A stretch of DNA of 64,000 nucleotides from Adineta vaga. Taxonomy: Eukaryota > Animalia > Rotifera. Made by a program: the position numbers and the translations under genes. Shown here piece after piece: positions 1-12,637 of the stretch. The stretch is taken from positions 15,934,001 to 15,998,000 of the forward strand of contig CP075494.1 of NCBI GenBank assembly GCA_021613535.1. Reading direction: 5' to 3'. Numbering within the stretch: the stretch's first letter is position 1; every line of letters begins with the position of its first letter. The notes below the pieces were generated by a model that was given only the letters and a program-made list of their open reading frames with translations, was not told the origin of the DNA and made no database searches.

Positions 1-323
1 TAAAAAACATCTTTCTTTCTACGAAAAAATAATAATTTTTGGTAAGGATTCACCGACGAATAGTTGGAGTCGTGGAGCTCGAATATACGGTCAATTTTTT
101 GCAAACTAGTTGAATAAAAAGTTCAGTAACAGTGAAGAACATAGATTCTACCAGAAACACTTGAGCAAGTTTTTAGATGAGCGTAACTTGTACAGTAAAA
201 ATTATATAAACGTTCTTGAACATCTAAAGAAAACCTCCTGATTTCTGAAAAAACGTCTCTTAATAAACTCATGATTTGTTTTCAGAAATCCCTGATTTCT
301 AAAATTTTCATTTGGCAAGCCTG
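1..323. mobile_element. Right part of a non-autonomous hAT-like DNA element (same family as 7281-8339), cut by the window edge
   Basis: Near-identical to 8059-8339; ends in tttggcaagcctg (reverse complement caggcttgccaaa); subterminal ctcctga/cctgatt repeats. Confidence 0.85.
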
Positions 324-592
324 ATCCACACCCTATCGATTGAAAAGTCTTTTTTTCAATAATTTTTATATGCGATCCAGTCTTCTAGAATCTTTTTCTA
401 TATTAAAATATAGAACAGGTTGGTATTTCGAATAATTTAACGTCACCATACCTAGATAAAACAGATTTTATAATTATTATTTGCTTTGCAATTAACAAAA
501 GAAAAACGGGAAATAAAAAATCTCACATTTAGTTTTCTCTTTATCATTATTAAGTATGAACACAAAACGTATACTCGATTTATTCTTATAAA

Positions 593-3500
593 ATGTTCGT
601 TGAAAAAGCTCTTCTATTTTTCTCGTTAATTAATTTTGTTAATCTTCAAATTCAAATTAATCTTTATGAAACAAATTGGCCAAATAAAAATGCTGACATT
701 CAACATGATTGTTTACATATTCTTTCTCATATTGATGTAGATATTCATCCTCGTCAAATGGTTTCATATTGTATGGGTGAATGGTCTTCTCAATATGATT
801 TAATTGAAAATAATTTTGATAAAAAATTCACTTTTTCACAATTATCTGAACAAGAAATTACAAGTGACGAATTATATCGATGGTCAACATCAATTGATCA
901 GATTGAAGAATATCAAGATTATTTAAATAAAAACTCATTAGAAAATCAAATTTATTATAATTGTACATTACCATATTTTGGTTCAAAATGTCAATATACA
1001 TTAGAAATATATAATCATACTTATTCAACATTAAATGAAATAATTTATGATTATTATCAGTATAATTTATATGAACCAATATCATCAACTTGTTATATTC
1101 ATTTAAAATGTGATCGTGGATCGGATTTATTATGTCTTGATTGGACTGAAATTTGTGATGGAAAAATTGATTGTATTGATACAGAACTTGATGAAAAAAA
1201 TTGTTGGATATTAGAAAATCATCAATGTAATGAAAATGAATTTCAATGTTCTTTTTATGGACAATGTATTCCATTGGAATTTTTATATGATAAATTACTT
1301 GTTCCTGATTGTCTTGATCAAACTGATAATTTAACATATACTATAGATAGGAGTTTTCGTGTAAAAAAGTACATAAGAGAACCAACATTTTTATTTGAAG
1401 ATATTTCATGTGTGAGACAAAATCTTTTAATCTGGGGTCATATTGAAACAATTACAAGTTCATGTGTTTTAGCTCGTAAAAATCTTTTATTAAATACAAT
1501 ATTTTCTATGAAATCAAATTTAACAATGGATCATTGTTTAAAAGCATTAAAATGTTCTTTTCAAAGATTAGAATTTACTACAAATGAATGTTTATTACTT
1601 TGCGATAAGAATAATGGTGATTATGGATGTTATGACTCAGTCAAAACAACATGTCCAAATTTAATATTTATTCCATTATTGCCAAGATTTCGTAGTCATA
1701 TTTATATAGTTTATGAAAAATCAAAAATTAAATTTTCATTTAGTATACCATCACCAACATATTTTTGTTATGATGATCAATCTATTAATATACCCAATGA
1801 TGGAAAAGAATTATTTAAAATTCAGAATAAAACTTGTCGTTATTTTAAAGATTCAATAAATATAAATGAAAAACTTGGATCGGAATACAATTGGTTAAAA
1901 GGATATTATATGCGAATTGAAAAATGGTTATATAAAATCAATGATAATGCAATATCTTGTGATCAATCAACAATGTATCAATGTAGAAGTTCATCAAAAT
2001 GTATATCAAAAACTCGTCTTTTAGATATTGTTGCCGATTGTTACTATGAAGATGATGAAGATTTATCTCTATTAAAAAATATTCAAACAACAAATCAGAT
2101 TCAATGTCAACTAGATGGTAGTTATATTCCTTGGTATTTGTATAATGATGATACAGATTGCCATTGCAATGGAACTGGCGACAATTATTGTTTTGATGAA
2201 AATTTAAATGAATTCTATTTTAGAAAAAAAATTTTATTTCAAACAATTTGTGATAAATTTCCACATTTAGCTGAAGAATTTACTTTAGATAAAAATGAAA
2301 CAGATGAAACAAATTGTGAACAATGGCCAAATCTACATATTTATAATCGTTGTGATGGTTATTGGAATTTTCTTAATGGTGAAGATGAACTTAATTGTGA
2401 TTCATCATTAGAAATATTACCTTGTTCATCTAATCAACATATATGTGTTTCAATTAAAACATATGAATTAATTTGTTTATCAATTGAAAATGTTAATGAT
2501 GGAATTATTGATTGTATTGGTGCTGCTGATGAACCAACTATATGTAGCAGATTTACATCAAATGAAAAAAATAATTATCCAGAAGTATTTGCTTGTCCTA
2601 GTAAAGATTCTTGTATAATGGGTGATCATATATGTGATCAGAATAGTAATTGTGATGATGAACAAGATGAAAAAGTTTGTAAATATGATGATTTAATAGG
2701 AATAGATCCACATGATCATCAAGGTATTTGTACAAAACAATATGAATTACATGGATCTAATATTACGAAAATACTCTGTAGATTATTTGTTAATAGTGGA
2801 AAACGATCAAAAATATATTTTACATTAGATCAAAATAACAATTTTAAAGGACATCGTACAGACGATAAAGCAACATTAATATCGATTGATTATACACCTA
2901 GTGCATTAAATGCTCAATCTTATCAACAACGTTGTCATCGTGGTTTAGATTTAAAAATTTGGTTAGATAAACAAAATAATTTAACAAAAAATGTTTGTCT
3001 TTGTCCACCAAGTTATTATGGAAATCAATGTCAATATCAGAATCAACGAATTAGTCTTACTTTACACTTTCGTGTTACAGCTGCTTCAACTTTGATTCCA
3101 TTTATTATAATTATATCATTAATTGATCATAGTGAAGAACGACTAATTCATTCGTATGAACAAATTCACTTTTTATCAACAAAATATTGTGAGAAAAGAT
3201 TTAATATTTATTTATTATATTCATCAAAACCAAAAGATTTAACAAATAATTATTCAATACAAATTGATTTTTATGAAAAATTAACATTAAATCATCGTGG
3301 AAGTATACTTAAACATATTAATTATTCATTTCTACCTGTTCATCGTCTTGCTTTTCAATTAAATATTCCTGATCAAAGTTTAATTTGTTCCAATAAACAA
3401 TGTGTTCATGGAAAATGTTTCAAATATTTTAATAATCTAAATAATGAAACATTTTGTCAATGTGATCGAGGATGGACTGGAAAGTATTGTACAATTAAAT

Positions 3501-5602
3501 ATAATTGTTTATGTTCATCGAAATCATTATATCTTGGTAAACTAGTAAATAATCGATCGTTATGTGTATGTCCAATTAATCGAATTGGTCCTCGATGTTT
3601 AATTTATCAAGATTCGTGTAATATTTGTCAAAATGGTGGACAATGTATAGTAATGGATGAATATGAAATATCTTTAAAAAAATATATTTGTATTTGTCCA
3701 AAAGGTTATTCAGGTGATCAATGTGAACAAATTCAAACAAAATTTGAAATATTATTTAATAAAAATGAGAATTTATATCCATCAATATTTATTCATTTTA
3801 TTGAAATAAAAAAAAATGATTTTCCAATACGTACAACAACAATTCAACGAACTCGTATTGGACAAAATTTTTTATCATTTTATTGGTCATTACCATATCA
3901 TATTGTTTTTATTGAATTATTAGACAAGTAAGGCTCATCTTCTAGATTCGCTGACGCTTTTCTGAAAGAATTATAACAGGACTTAAGATATTTCGAAACC
4001 TCGAATAATAAGAAACCCAGTGCAAACCTAGGGTGTGAGTGAATACAGACACTGACTTGCGCCCTTCCACAGCCCCAACCACACCCACACCCTAGAAATG
4101 CTAATTTCTGATTGATTAGAACAGACAGACAAACTTTTTGCATTTCAAGCCCATGATTTTAACGCTGTATAACTCTTTATTTCAGAGAAGGAAATAAAAA
4201 TTATTATTTAATATCAATACAAAAGAAATATCAATCATCATTAATTATTAAAAAATCAATAAATTCATTTGATCAATGTTTGAATATAAATGAATTATTA
4301 AATGAAACAATTATGAATTATCATTTTCTTCGTCGTATTAAATATTATCATTTACCATGTCAAAGAAGTTCAACTTTATTATGTTTTTATGATGAACAAC
4401 AATTTTGTTTATGTCAACAACTTGATCATTATGAACAACGTGTAACAAATTGTCTAAATTTTAATTATACTTCAGATGTAAATTGTCGTGGTAAAAGTAT
4501 TTGTGAACATAATGGAAAATGTTTTGAAGAAAATTCTAGATGTCCAAAATATTTTTTATGTCAATGTTCGAATTGTTATTATGGAATTCGATGTGAATTT
4601 ACAATGGATGGATTTACTCTTTCTTTAGATTCAATTCTTGCTTATCATACATATCCAAATAAAAATTTCTTTGATCAGTCTTATGCAATATTGATTAGTT
4701 TAATTTTAACAATAATTATTATTATCTGTGGATTAATTAATAGTATTTTATCATTAATTACATTTCAAGATAAAATAACACGTGATTTAGGTTGTGGAAT
4801 TTATCTTTTTTCTACATCATTTATAAACTTATTTTTAATTATTATATTTCCTATAAAATATTCAATAAATATTAATTCACAAATTGGTTTTATAGATAAT
4901 GGATTAGTTTTAAAAATTCATTGTTTTCTTATGGATTTTTTTATCCGATTTTGTTTAACAATGGATCAATGGTTAACAACATGTGTATCAATTGAACGAG
5001 CATATATTACAATAAAAGGTGTTCAATTTAATAAAAAACAAACAAGAATAATAGCTAAAAGAATAATTCTTATAATTATATTTCTAATTATTTTAACAAA
5101 TATTCATGATCCAATTCATCGACATTTATTTATTGAAAATCAATATAATGATCAAGATCAATTTAGGAAAATAGTTTGTAATGTAAAATATTCAACATAT
5201 GTTCGTTTATTTGATTTAATTATGAATGTATTTCATTATGTTGGACCATTTATTATTCATTTAATATCAGCTATTATAATTATAATAGGAAGTACACAAC
5301 AAAGAAAATCATTACAAAAGAATAAACAAAAATATATTTCTATTTTACGTGAACAAATTCAACAACATAAAAATCTGCTTATTGCACCATTTGTTTTAAT
5401 TCTTGTTGGTATTTTACGTTTAATTATATCATTTGCATCAGGTTGTATAACATCAGCAAGTAATTCATGGTTATTTCTTTGTGGATATTTTATATCACTA
5501 TTTCCACCATTACTTACTTTTATTTTATTTGTTTTACCATCAAGTATTTATAGACAAGCTTTTAAAAAAGCTATTCTTCGTTATAAAAACCTTATTATTT
5601 GA
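593..5602 (+). CDS. Giant LDL-receptor class A / EGF-repeat ectodomain + rhodopsin-like 7TM receptor; exons 593-3927 and 4186-5602
   Basis: Hydrophobic N-terminus, LDLa motifs (ICDGKIDC..DE, CDGYWN..GEDELNC), EGF motifs (CLCPPSYYGNQC, CQCDRGWTGKYC). Intron gtaag(3928)..tttcag(4185) joins the two ORFs in frame (DK|EGNKNYYLISIQ). 7TM region with CVSIERAY (DRY-like) and NIHDPIHR. Confidence 0.85.
4028..4095. repeat. Telomere-type-repeat hairpin element (intronic)
   Basis: ctagggtgtg ... cacaccctag perfect 10-bp inverted ends, internal cacacccacaccc. Confidence 0.7.
4096..4173 (-). repeat. Short interspersed repeat with (GACA)n, HINE/DINE-1-like; inverted copy at 39849-39930
   Basis: aaatgct..tctgattg..acagacagacaaacttt..gctgtataac matches the reverse complement of 39849-39930. 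Confidence 0.6.
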
Positions 5603-5787
5603 CGTTCATAAATTATTTGATCTGCTTCTGCTTTTTTCTTCTCTTTTCTTCATTAAGGAAAAGTTTTGCAAAAATAAATTTGTCTGTCTGCATTTGACTA
5701 TGATCGATCCATAAATAAAAGAAATATCTTCGAATAAAGTTCGACGAAAGAATAATTGAGATCGAAAAACACAAATCTAAGGTCAGT

Positions 5788-5852
5788 TTGAAGGTGTGTG
5801 TGTGATTGAACAGATAATATCTACATCTACATCTACAGCCACACCCTATAAC
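5788..5852. repeat. Telomere-type-repeat hairpin element, inverted copy of 6393-6460
   Basis: ttgaaggtgtgtg..tgaacagataatatctacatct..cacaccctataac is the reverse complement of 6393-6459 including the spacer. Confidence 0.7.
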
Positions 5853-6392
5853 TTAACTACTCACTAGTCCAATTAATGTATTTACAATGTGAATGTTCTA
5901 AAAACTAATTTGACGATATCTTATATTGATATAAGAAGAAAAATATTGTTAAATTCTTTTATGTTGCTTTACTTGTTGTTCTTTCGTTTATATCAATCAT
6001 TAATATTTTGAATTTTCCATGAAACAATTAGAAAAATCATCATATTTACAGTTGTCTTGTTTATATTTGCAATATCATTTATCTTGTACAAACACACGTA
6101 AAATATGAATTCAAATAAGCGTAAAAAATGCACTGAACATTATATTACACATAATCATTGAATTTTATTAGTCTTTCTTCATATCGTATCTAATTAGTCG
6201 TTTTCGTTATGAAACAACATGGATTTTATTCATATTTTTTTAATTTTCCTTCGAAGCCTATGAATGATATCATTATAAGAATCAAGATTAGATATGTCAA
6301 AATATTCTTTTCGATTTACAGAGTGATGTAAATCGAATTTGAAATTTTTATTAACTTACCAATTGTCGTAAATAGAAAGAATGAAAATGGAA

Positions 6393-6520
6393 GTTTAGGG
6401 TGGGTGTGGGTGCAGATGTAGATATTATCTGTTCAGTCGAACCCACACCCACCTTCAAGATGAGGATTTAAGTTTAGGGTGTCGGAGTTGGATAATCCAA
6501 TTCAACTTAACCCATAAACT
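6393..6520. repeat. Two adjacent telomere-type-repeat hairpin elements (6393-6460, 6472-6520)
   Basis: gtttagggtgggtgtgggtg ... cccacacccaccttcaag, then gtttagggt ... acccataaac. Confidence 0.7.
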
Positions 6521-7280
6521 GAATAGAATTGTTTTGAGCTGAAGAACGTAGTTATGATGTATGGAATTTATTTATTAGATTTTTTGAGTAGTTGTTTGAT
6601 TAATAAATAGAATATTTTTTCGAATTCAATTCAATTCAATCGATATTAACTCAAAAATTGAGTTGCTTAATTGTGCGATATATGGAGACGAAGCTGTAAG
6701 AAAACGGATACACCCTCATCGAGATAAACCCAATTTCCGGATATTGCTTTGGAATACAAAACACACAGGATTTCGTGCAAATGGCTATAACGCATCATAT
6801 GCAGTTTCCATGATGGAAATTTGGAAATTCTCGATTATGCCCATTATGGTAGTGAGAACTAAATTATATAATAGGCTGTTTGGAATACAATTTTTGGATT
6901 TCCAGATATTCATCCGATATCCAAAATACATACAATTTCCAGGCAATCGCTATAACGGATCATATGTAATGATCAAAAAGAGATTAAATTTTTAATAGTT
7001 TAAAATGAAAAATGCACTATCGAATAAATTTAGAAAAAGAGAGATTTTAAATTATTATGAATGTATTATAGTATGTCTTTATATCAACAAAAAAAAACAT
7101 TTTCTGCGTTTCCCTTTTTAACAATCATATCTTGATGGTTAAACACAAGAGAAAAAACTAAATTTAAAGTATAATTTTACATACAGATGGACCCGCAAGG
7201 TTTGCCAAATGTTCAATAAATACGAATGAAAAGTAATAATAACAAAACGTTTTTGTTACTAAAAGAATATTTGGAGAATA

Positions 7281-8339
7281 CAGGGCTGCCAAACCTCCTG
7301 ATTTTTACCTTTTCTCCTGATTGACAATCTCCTGAAATCAGGAGCTGATTTTCATCCTTTTCTCCTGATTTTCGCTTTCCCTTTGTGGAGATGGACAGAC
7401 ACCTTCTCGTTTATACAAATTTGGTGGAGAAAACGGGAAAATAATCGGAATTCAATAGATTTTCATTAACTATTTCTGTGCGGAATGCCTTTTCTAAATC
7501 AGTTTTTAGATACATGATGTTTTTTTTGACAACAATCAGAAACAAGGTGACACATGTTTTAGCTGAAGTAGAATACCAAACTATATGAACACCCATTTGA
7601 CATCTACAGTTTTATGTTTATGTGTTCACTAAATCGAATATACTCAGAGAAATTCGATCTTCAAAGAAATATAGTCTCATTGAAAAAAGCCACCAATTTA
7701 ATAGTAATTACTTAATTACATACTTTCTGTTTTATGTTTTGTTCTATATTAATCTAGAAGTTAATATTCATTTGCTAATGGAATTCTTTTATAGTTACTT
7801 TGTAATGGAAGAGTGACACGTCTGTAAAGGTATAGGTATACACTAAGGCAAAAGTTAAATATTATTCTGATTGTCATAGAAAAGGATTTTTGCAAGAATA
7901 AATTATTTACTTGTTTAGTGGTCGCATTTCACTGATTGATCAGAAGGTAAATAAAAACAAAAGAGACCATTTAACCTAAGACTTGACTAAAGGGTAATAG
8001 AAGATAAGAAATCTGGATTTGACAATAGTTTGAAAAGAATAGGTTCTATTGTTCTGGATAAAAAACATCTTTCTTTCTACGAAAAAATAATAATTTTTGG
8101 TAAGGATTCACCGACGAATAGTTGGAGTCGTGGAACTCGAATATACGGTCAATTTTTTGCAAACTAGTTGAATAAAAAGTTCAGTAACAGTGAAGAACAT
8201 AGATTCTACCAGAAATACTTGAGCAAGTTTTTAGATGAGCGTAACTTGTACAGTAAAAATAATATAAACGTTCTTGAATATATAAAGAAAACCTCCTGAT
8301 TTTTCTCCTGATTTCTAAAATTTTCATTTGGCAAGCCTG
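7281..8339. mobile_element. Non-autonomous DNA transposon, hAT-like termini, ~1.06 kb
   Basis: TIRs cagggctgccaaa / tttggcaagcctg; ctcctga repeats at both ends; second copy at 1-323. Only a 4-bp flanking match (aata), no 8-bp TSD, so the superfamily is uncertain. Confidence 0.75.
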
Positions 8340-8884
8340 AATACAACAAAAATATGGGAGCAGTGGATCAAGCGGACATGCAAACCAGTTTCTCAGAATG
8401 TCTAAGAAAAACAATCAAATGGTACAAGAAATTGTTTTTCCATTTATTTGATATCACTGTGCGGAACTCTTATGCCATGTACAAGATGAAAACCCACAAA
8501 AATCTCAAACTTTCGGAATTTCGTCTTGAACTTGCTCGAGAACTCATTGATGAATATGGATCAATGCGGCCACAGACGAAAGGAAGACCGCCGATCGATT
8601 GTCCACTACGCCTCTCTGCTCGTCATTTCATAGCTTTTATTCCTGGCACTAATGTCAAGAAACGCTGTTTCGTCTGCAGTCATTCAGTCAAGCGGAAAAA
8701 AGCGGAGTGTTACAAGGTTTTATTGCCCGGATTGTGATGTTCCACTCTGCAATCCCAATTGTTTCAAAGAATACCACACTTTGAAAGCTTTTTGATACTC
8801 TTTTTGGTGGATCTGACAAAAATAAAGCATTTTTAAAAAGTTTAAAACTGTAATTTTCCTCAAAGCTGGTCCTGAAAGAGTTAA
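8340..8884 (+). mobile_element. 3' fragment of a piggyBac transposon (transposase C-terminus, frameshifted, and right end)
   Basis: YNKNMGAVDQAD (third catalytic D region), RKTIKWYKKLFFHLFD, Cys-rich domain RCFVC / frameshift / YCPDCDVPLCNPNCFKEYH; ends gctggtcctgaaagag followed by TTAA at 8881-8884. Confidence 0.9.
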
Positions 8885-9222
8885 TTGACAGGTTTTATAA
8901 TTTTGTATTATTATATGTAAATATTTCTTTTAAATCAACTAATTATTATGAATTATGTCTTTTTTTTCGTTTCTCAAATAAATTTCTTAAAGAAACAATC
9001 GAATTCATTTGAGAAAAAGATGTTTCTCAACAGTCGAAAACACGTCATCATATTAATAATATTTCATCATAGGGATTAATTGAATAATGAGTAAGAAAAT
9101 GAAAATTTCCAACATACAAAACGTGATAAAACGTGTCTTTTATAATCAAGTAAAGACATAATATTCGATTATTTGAAGGTAGGAAAGTAACATACGAACA
9201 TTCGTTTCTCTTGCAAATCAAT

Positions 9223-10599
9223 ATGTATTATTCTCGACATCGTTTATGTATGATTTTAAATCCATCCGTATTGACTGCTTTCAAACGTCAATATTCATCC
9301 AATGGAGTTATTCAACGTTCAGTATTACCGATGATACTTTTGAATAAAACAATCGATAATCATAAGAGGATTCAAATGTTGAATCATCATGATATGAGTG
9401 ATGATGAACGAGAGATGAAAAGAAAAAATTCTCTTCTCGAAACACATTATAAACGGGCTTTAGATAATTTTAGTATTAATAATGTTAATGATCATATTAT
9501 TATTGAATCTTATGATAAATTACTTGATACTTTTGATCAAAATATTAATCCTCAATTATTAGGTCATTTTCATGTATTACTTGGACATTGTCATAGAGAT
9601 AAAGGAATGTCTCCTCTTGATCATGCTCGAGCTCTTTATCATTATGATTGTGCACTTACACGATATGAAAATCATATGGAATTTTATATGATTATGGAAG
9701 CATATTCTAGTAGTGCATATGCACTTGCTATCATGGAAAAATATCAAGAATCAATTGAACGAATTACTAAAGCAATTCATGTCATAGAAACATTGAATGG
9801 AAAAATTCCAGAAACAAATAATAGAATTATTGATCGTCTTATTTATTTTCATTATAATATTATCATTGCATTTATGTTTACTGAAGATATTGATAAAGTA
9901 TTATCTTATTCAACAAAATTACTTGATATATTTAAGAGAAAACTTGAAGAAACATTCTCTTGGACTACAAATGATCATTCTAAATTAATTCAAATTCTTC
10001 AGTGGTTAATAATAATATATAATCAATCTAAACAAAATGATATTTCATCAAAATATCAAACTGTACTCGAATTTGTAACTGAATTTAATAATTATAAATT
10101 TGATGATCAATTAGAAGATTTGAAATTTTTTTCTTTTCAAGAAAGTCTTATTGGACTTATTCTTTATTTAATAGATTCAAATAAATGGAATCAAAGTTTC
10201 ATTCATCTTCATGCATCGATTCAAAAAATTCATCAAATATCTAATGTTTTCAATGATCAAAATAATAATATTATCATTGGTAAATCACATCATTTTATGG
10301 GGAAAATATTATTTGATCAAATAAAACAAAAACATGATCTAGTAGAAGCACATTGGAAAATCCAAACATTCATATCGGAAATAATAAATGAACAAAATCA
10401 ATCGAGTACTTCCAATTTATCTTCTATTGAAAATTGTCTAAAATATAAATTAGCGATTCTTTATAGAGAATTAGCGAATTGTTATAATAATAATGCGAAT
10501 ATATTTATTGATAAAGGACTTAATGGAAAAATATTTGCAATTAATTATACTTCAATAGCTATGGGATTAGCTGATGAAACAAATCATTATATGATTTAA
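9223..10599 (+). CDS. TPR-like helical repeat protein, possible mitochondrial targeting peptide
   Basis: Long intronless ORF from the first ATG at 9223; TPR-like segments (LGHCHRDKG..ARALYHYDCAL; AYALAIMEKYQESIERITKAI); basic/Ser N-terminus ending KRQYSS. Confidence 0.6.
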   Translation: MYYSRHRLCMILNPSVLTAFKRQYSSNGVIQRSVLPMILLNKTIDNHKRIQMLNHHDMSDDEREMKRKNSLLETHYKRALDNFSINNVNDHIIIESYDKLLDTFDQNINPQLLGHFHVLLGHCHRDKGMSPLDHARALYHYDCALTRYENHMEFYMIMEAYSSSAYALAIMEKYQESIERITKAIHVIETLNGKIPETNNRIIDRLIYFHYNIIIAFMFTEDIDKVLSYSTKLLDIFKRKLEETFSWTTNDHSKLIQILQWLIIIYNQSKQNDISSKYQTVLEFVTEFNNYKFDDQLEDLKFFSFQESLIGLILYLIDSNKWNQSFIHLHASIQKIHQISNVFNDQNNNIIIGKSHHFMGKILFDQIKQKHDLVEAHWKIQTFISEIINEQNQSSTSNLSSIENCLKYKLAILYRELANCYNNNANIFIDKGLNGKIFAINYTSIAMGLADETNHYMI

Positions 10600-10873
10600 C
10601 ATGTTCAATTATGACAGTTTATTGATTACATTTTTCTTTATTAAATAATCATTTTTTATAAAGTCATGAAAAATTTCCATTTAATTCTAATAAATTCTCT
10701 GAAGAAAAATAGTTCTAAGATGCTTCTGAATCGTTAATATTGAAAATATAAATAAAACATTTTCAAAACTGAATTAACCAAATTTTGATTTGTTAAAATT
10801 TGTATTTCGTTTAAATTAATCAGATGTTCAATATTTCGATTTGAATTTCTATAAAAACATCTCGTTTGCTGTT

Positions 10874-10943
10874 TTGAGAGTGGGTGTGGGTGTCTAGATG
10901 GAGGAGACGGTCTTACATATATTGCTCACCCACGCCCTCCAGA
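10874..10943. repeat. Telomere-type-repeat hairpin element
   Basis: ttgagagtgggtgtgggtg ... cacccacgccctccaga. Confidence 0.7.
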
Positions 10944-11102
10944 TATTATTCAAGGATTTCCGAATAGTTTAGATGCGTATAATTGCTACAGATGAGACTT
11001 ATTTTCTTTTCTCTCGTTTGAACGCATATTTTGATTTTGATTTTGATTTTGATTTATACATAAAAATCAACATTTGAAGGATAAACACAGTCATCTTTTA
11101 TT

Positions 11103-11416
11103 CAGTGGCGGAGCCAGGATTTTGTACTAGGGGGGGGGCTCAGCCCCTAACTTCAAAATCGACTCTGAAAAAAAAATTTTTTCACTAGTTTCAAGGCTAA
11201 GTTGCATATGAAAACCAGGTCTCGGTACTGAAAAACCCAAAGTGAAAAGCAAAAAAAAAAAAAACCCTGTACTCCCCTTCGAGCTTAGTCGGGTTCGCGA
11301 AAAACCGGATCTTCACAATCTTTTTAGGCGCTAGGGGCAAAAAATTTTCTAGGGGGGGCGCGAAAGGTCGTAGGGGGGGCTGAGTCCCCTCTGGCCCCCC
11401 CCTGGCTCCGCCACTG
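11103..11416. mobile_element. hAT-type MITE, 314 bp
   Basis: Perfect 16-bp TIR cagtggcggagccagg / cctggctccgccactg; perfect 8-bp TSD cttttatt (11095-11102, 11417-11424). Confidence 0.95.
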
Positions 11417-11449
11417 CTTTTATTCTTCTTATTGTTATTGAGAAAATGC

Positions 11450-12637
11450 TTATTTATTGTGAGTTGATATGTTTTGTTGTTCTAAGTTCCATTGAATTTT
11501 TGGTGGAATTAATTGAAGATTAACTCTATTTTGATATTTTTGTGCTAATACAATTAATGAAATAATTGTTTGATTCGATAATAATGTTGGTTCTAAACCT
11601 AATGAACGAAGATTTGTATTTATTGAATTATAATAATGAATTTCTTTTTCTTTTCGAGGATTATTTAAATGTTGAATTTCACATGGAATATTCATTAATT
11701 CATTTGATACTTTATAAACTAATTGAGCTAATTCTAAAACAGAAAATATTTCCGTAAATTGATTAAAAACACGATATTCTCCTTGTTGAGCTGGTTTTTC
11801 ACAAGCAATTTCAATACATTTAACTGTATCACGAATATTAATAAATGATCTTGTTTGTCCACCTTTTCCATAAACTGTTAATGGATGATCAAGTGCAACT
11901 TGTATACAAAAACGATTAAGAACAGTACCAAATATATGATCATAATCGAAACGATTAGCTAAAATTGGTGATAAATTTATTTCATCTGTATCATAACCAT
12001 AAACAACACCTTGATTTAAATCCGTTGCTCGTAAATTCCATGTTCGACAAGCAAAATTAATTTGATCACTATCCGATACTTTCGTTAAATGATAAAATGA
12101 ACCTGGTTGTTTTGGATATGGTAATCGATCAGATCGTCCTTTATATTCAATATTAATAAAACCTTCTTCAATATCAATATTAGGTGTTCCATATTCACCC
12201 ATTGTACCTAATTTAATCAAATGAGTATCAGATGAATATTCATGTAATGCCCATAAAATATTTAAATTGCCAACAGTATTATTAATATGTGTACGAATTG
12301 AATGATCATGATCAATCATTGAAAATGGTGCTGATCTTTGTTGAGCAAAATGAATTAAAACATGAAATTTTTTTTCACAATTAATTGTTTGACATAGAGA
12401 TGAATAATTTGTTATATCAAGATTAATTATATGAATAATTTTTCCTGTTAAACGTTTCCATTCTTGAACACGTTCTTCAAGTGAATAAATTGGTACAAGT
12501 GAATTTAAATGATGTTCTTCATCCCATTGTCGACGAATAAAATTATCAATTATAGTTATATCATGATTTCGTGCTGATAAATACAATGCTGTTGCCCATC
12601 CACAATAACCATCACCACCAGCTATTAAAATTTTCAT
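11450..12637 (-). CDS. SQD1: UDP-sulfoquinovose synthase (cyanobacterial/plant SQD1/SqdB type, extended SDR)
   Basis: GGDGYCGWATAL Rossmann motif, QRSAPFSMID, HLIKLGTMGEYGTPNIDIEEGF (catalytic Thr), PKQPGSFYHLTK (YxxxK with His), RATDLNQGVVYG, FGTVLNRFC, PLTVYGKGGQTR, RVFNQFTE; 395 aa, intronless, no transit peptide. Confidence 0.95.
   Translation of the reverse strand: MKILIAGGDGYCGWATALYLSARNHDITIIDNFIRRQWDEEHHLNSLVPIYSLEERVQEWKRLTGKIIHIINLDITNYSSLCQTINCEKKFHVLIHFAQQRSAPFSMIDHDHSIRTHINNTVGNLNILWALHEYSSDTHLIKLGTMGEYGTPNIDIEEGFINIEYKGRSDRLPYPKQPGSFYHLTKVSDSDQINFACRTWNLRATDLNQGVVYGYDTDEINLSPILANRFDYDHIFGTVLNRFCIQVALDHPLTVYGKGGQTRSFINIRDTVKCIEIACEKPAQQGEYRVFNQFTEIFSVLELAQLVYKVSNELMNIPCEIQHLNNPRKEKEIHYYNSINTNLRSLGLEPTLLSNQTIISLIVLAQKYQNRVNLQLIPPKIQWNLEQQNISTHNK

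Noticed and set aside
6663-6995. 110-aa ORF
   Set aside because: Lies over a degenerate internal duplication (gctataacg.atcatatg and ttggaatacaa each twice); more likely a repeat relic than a gene
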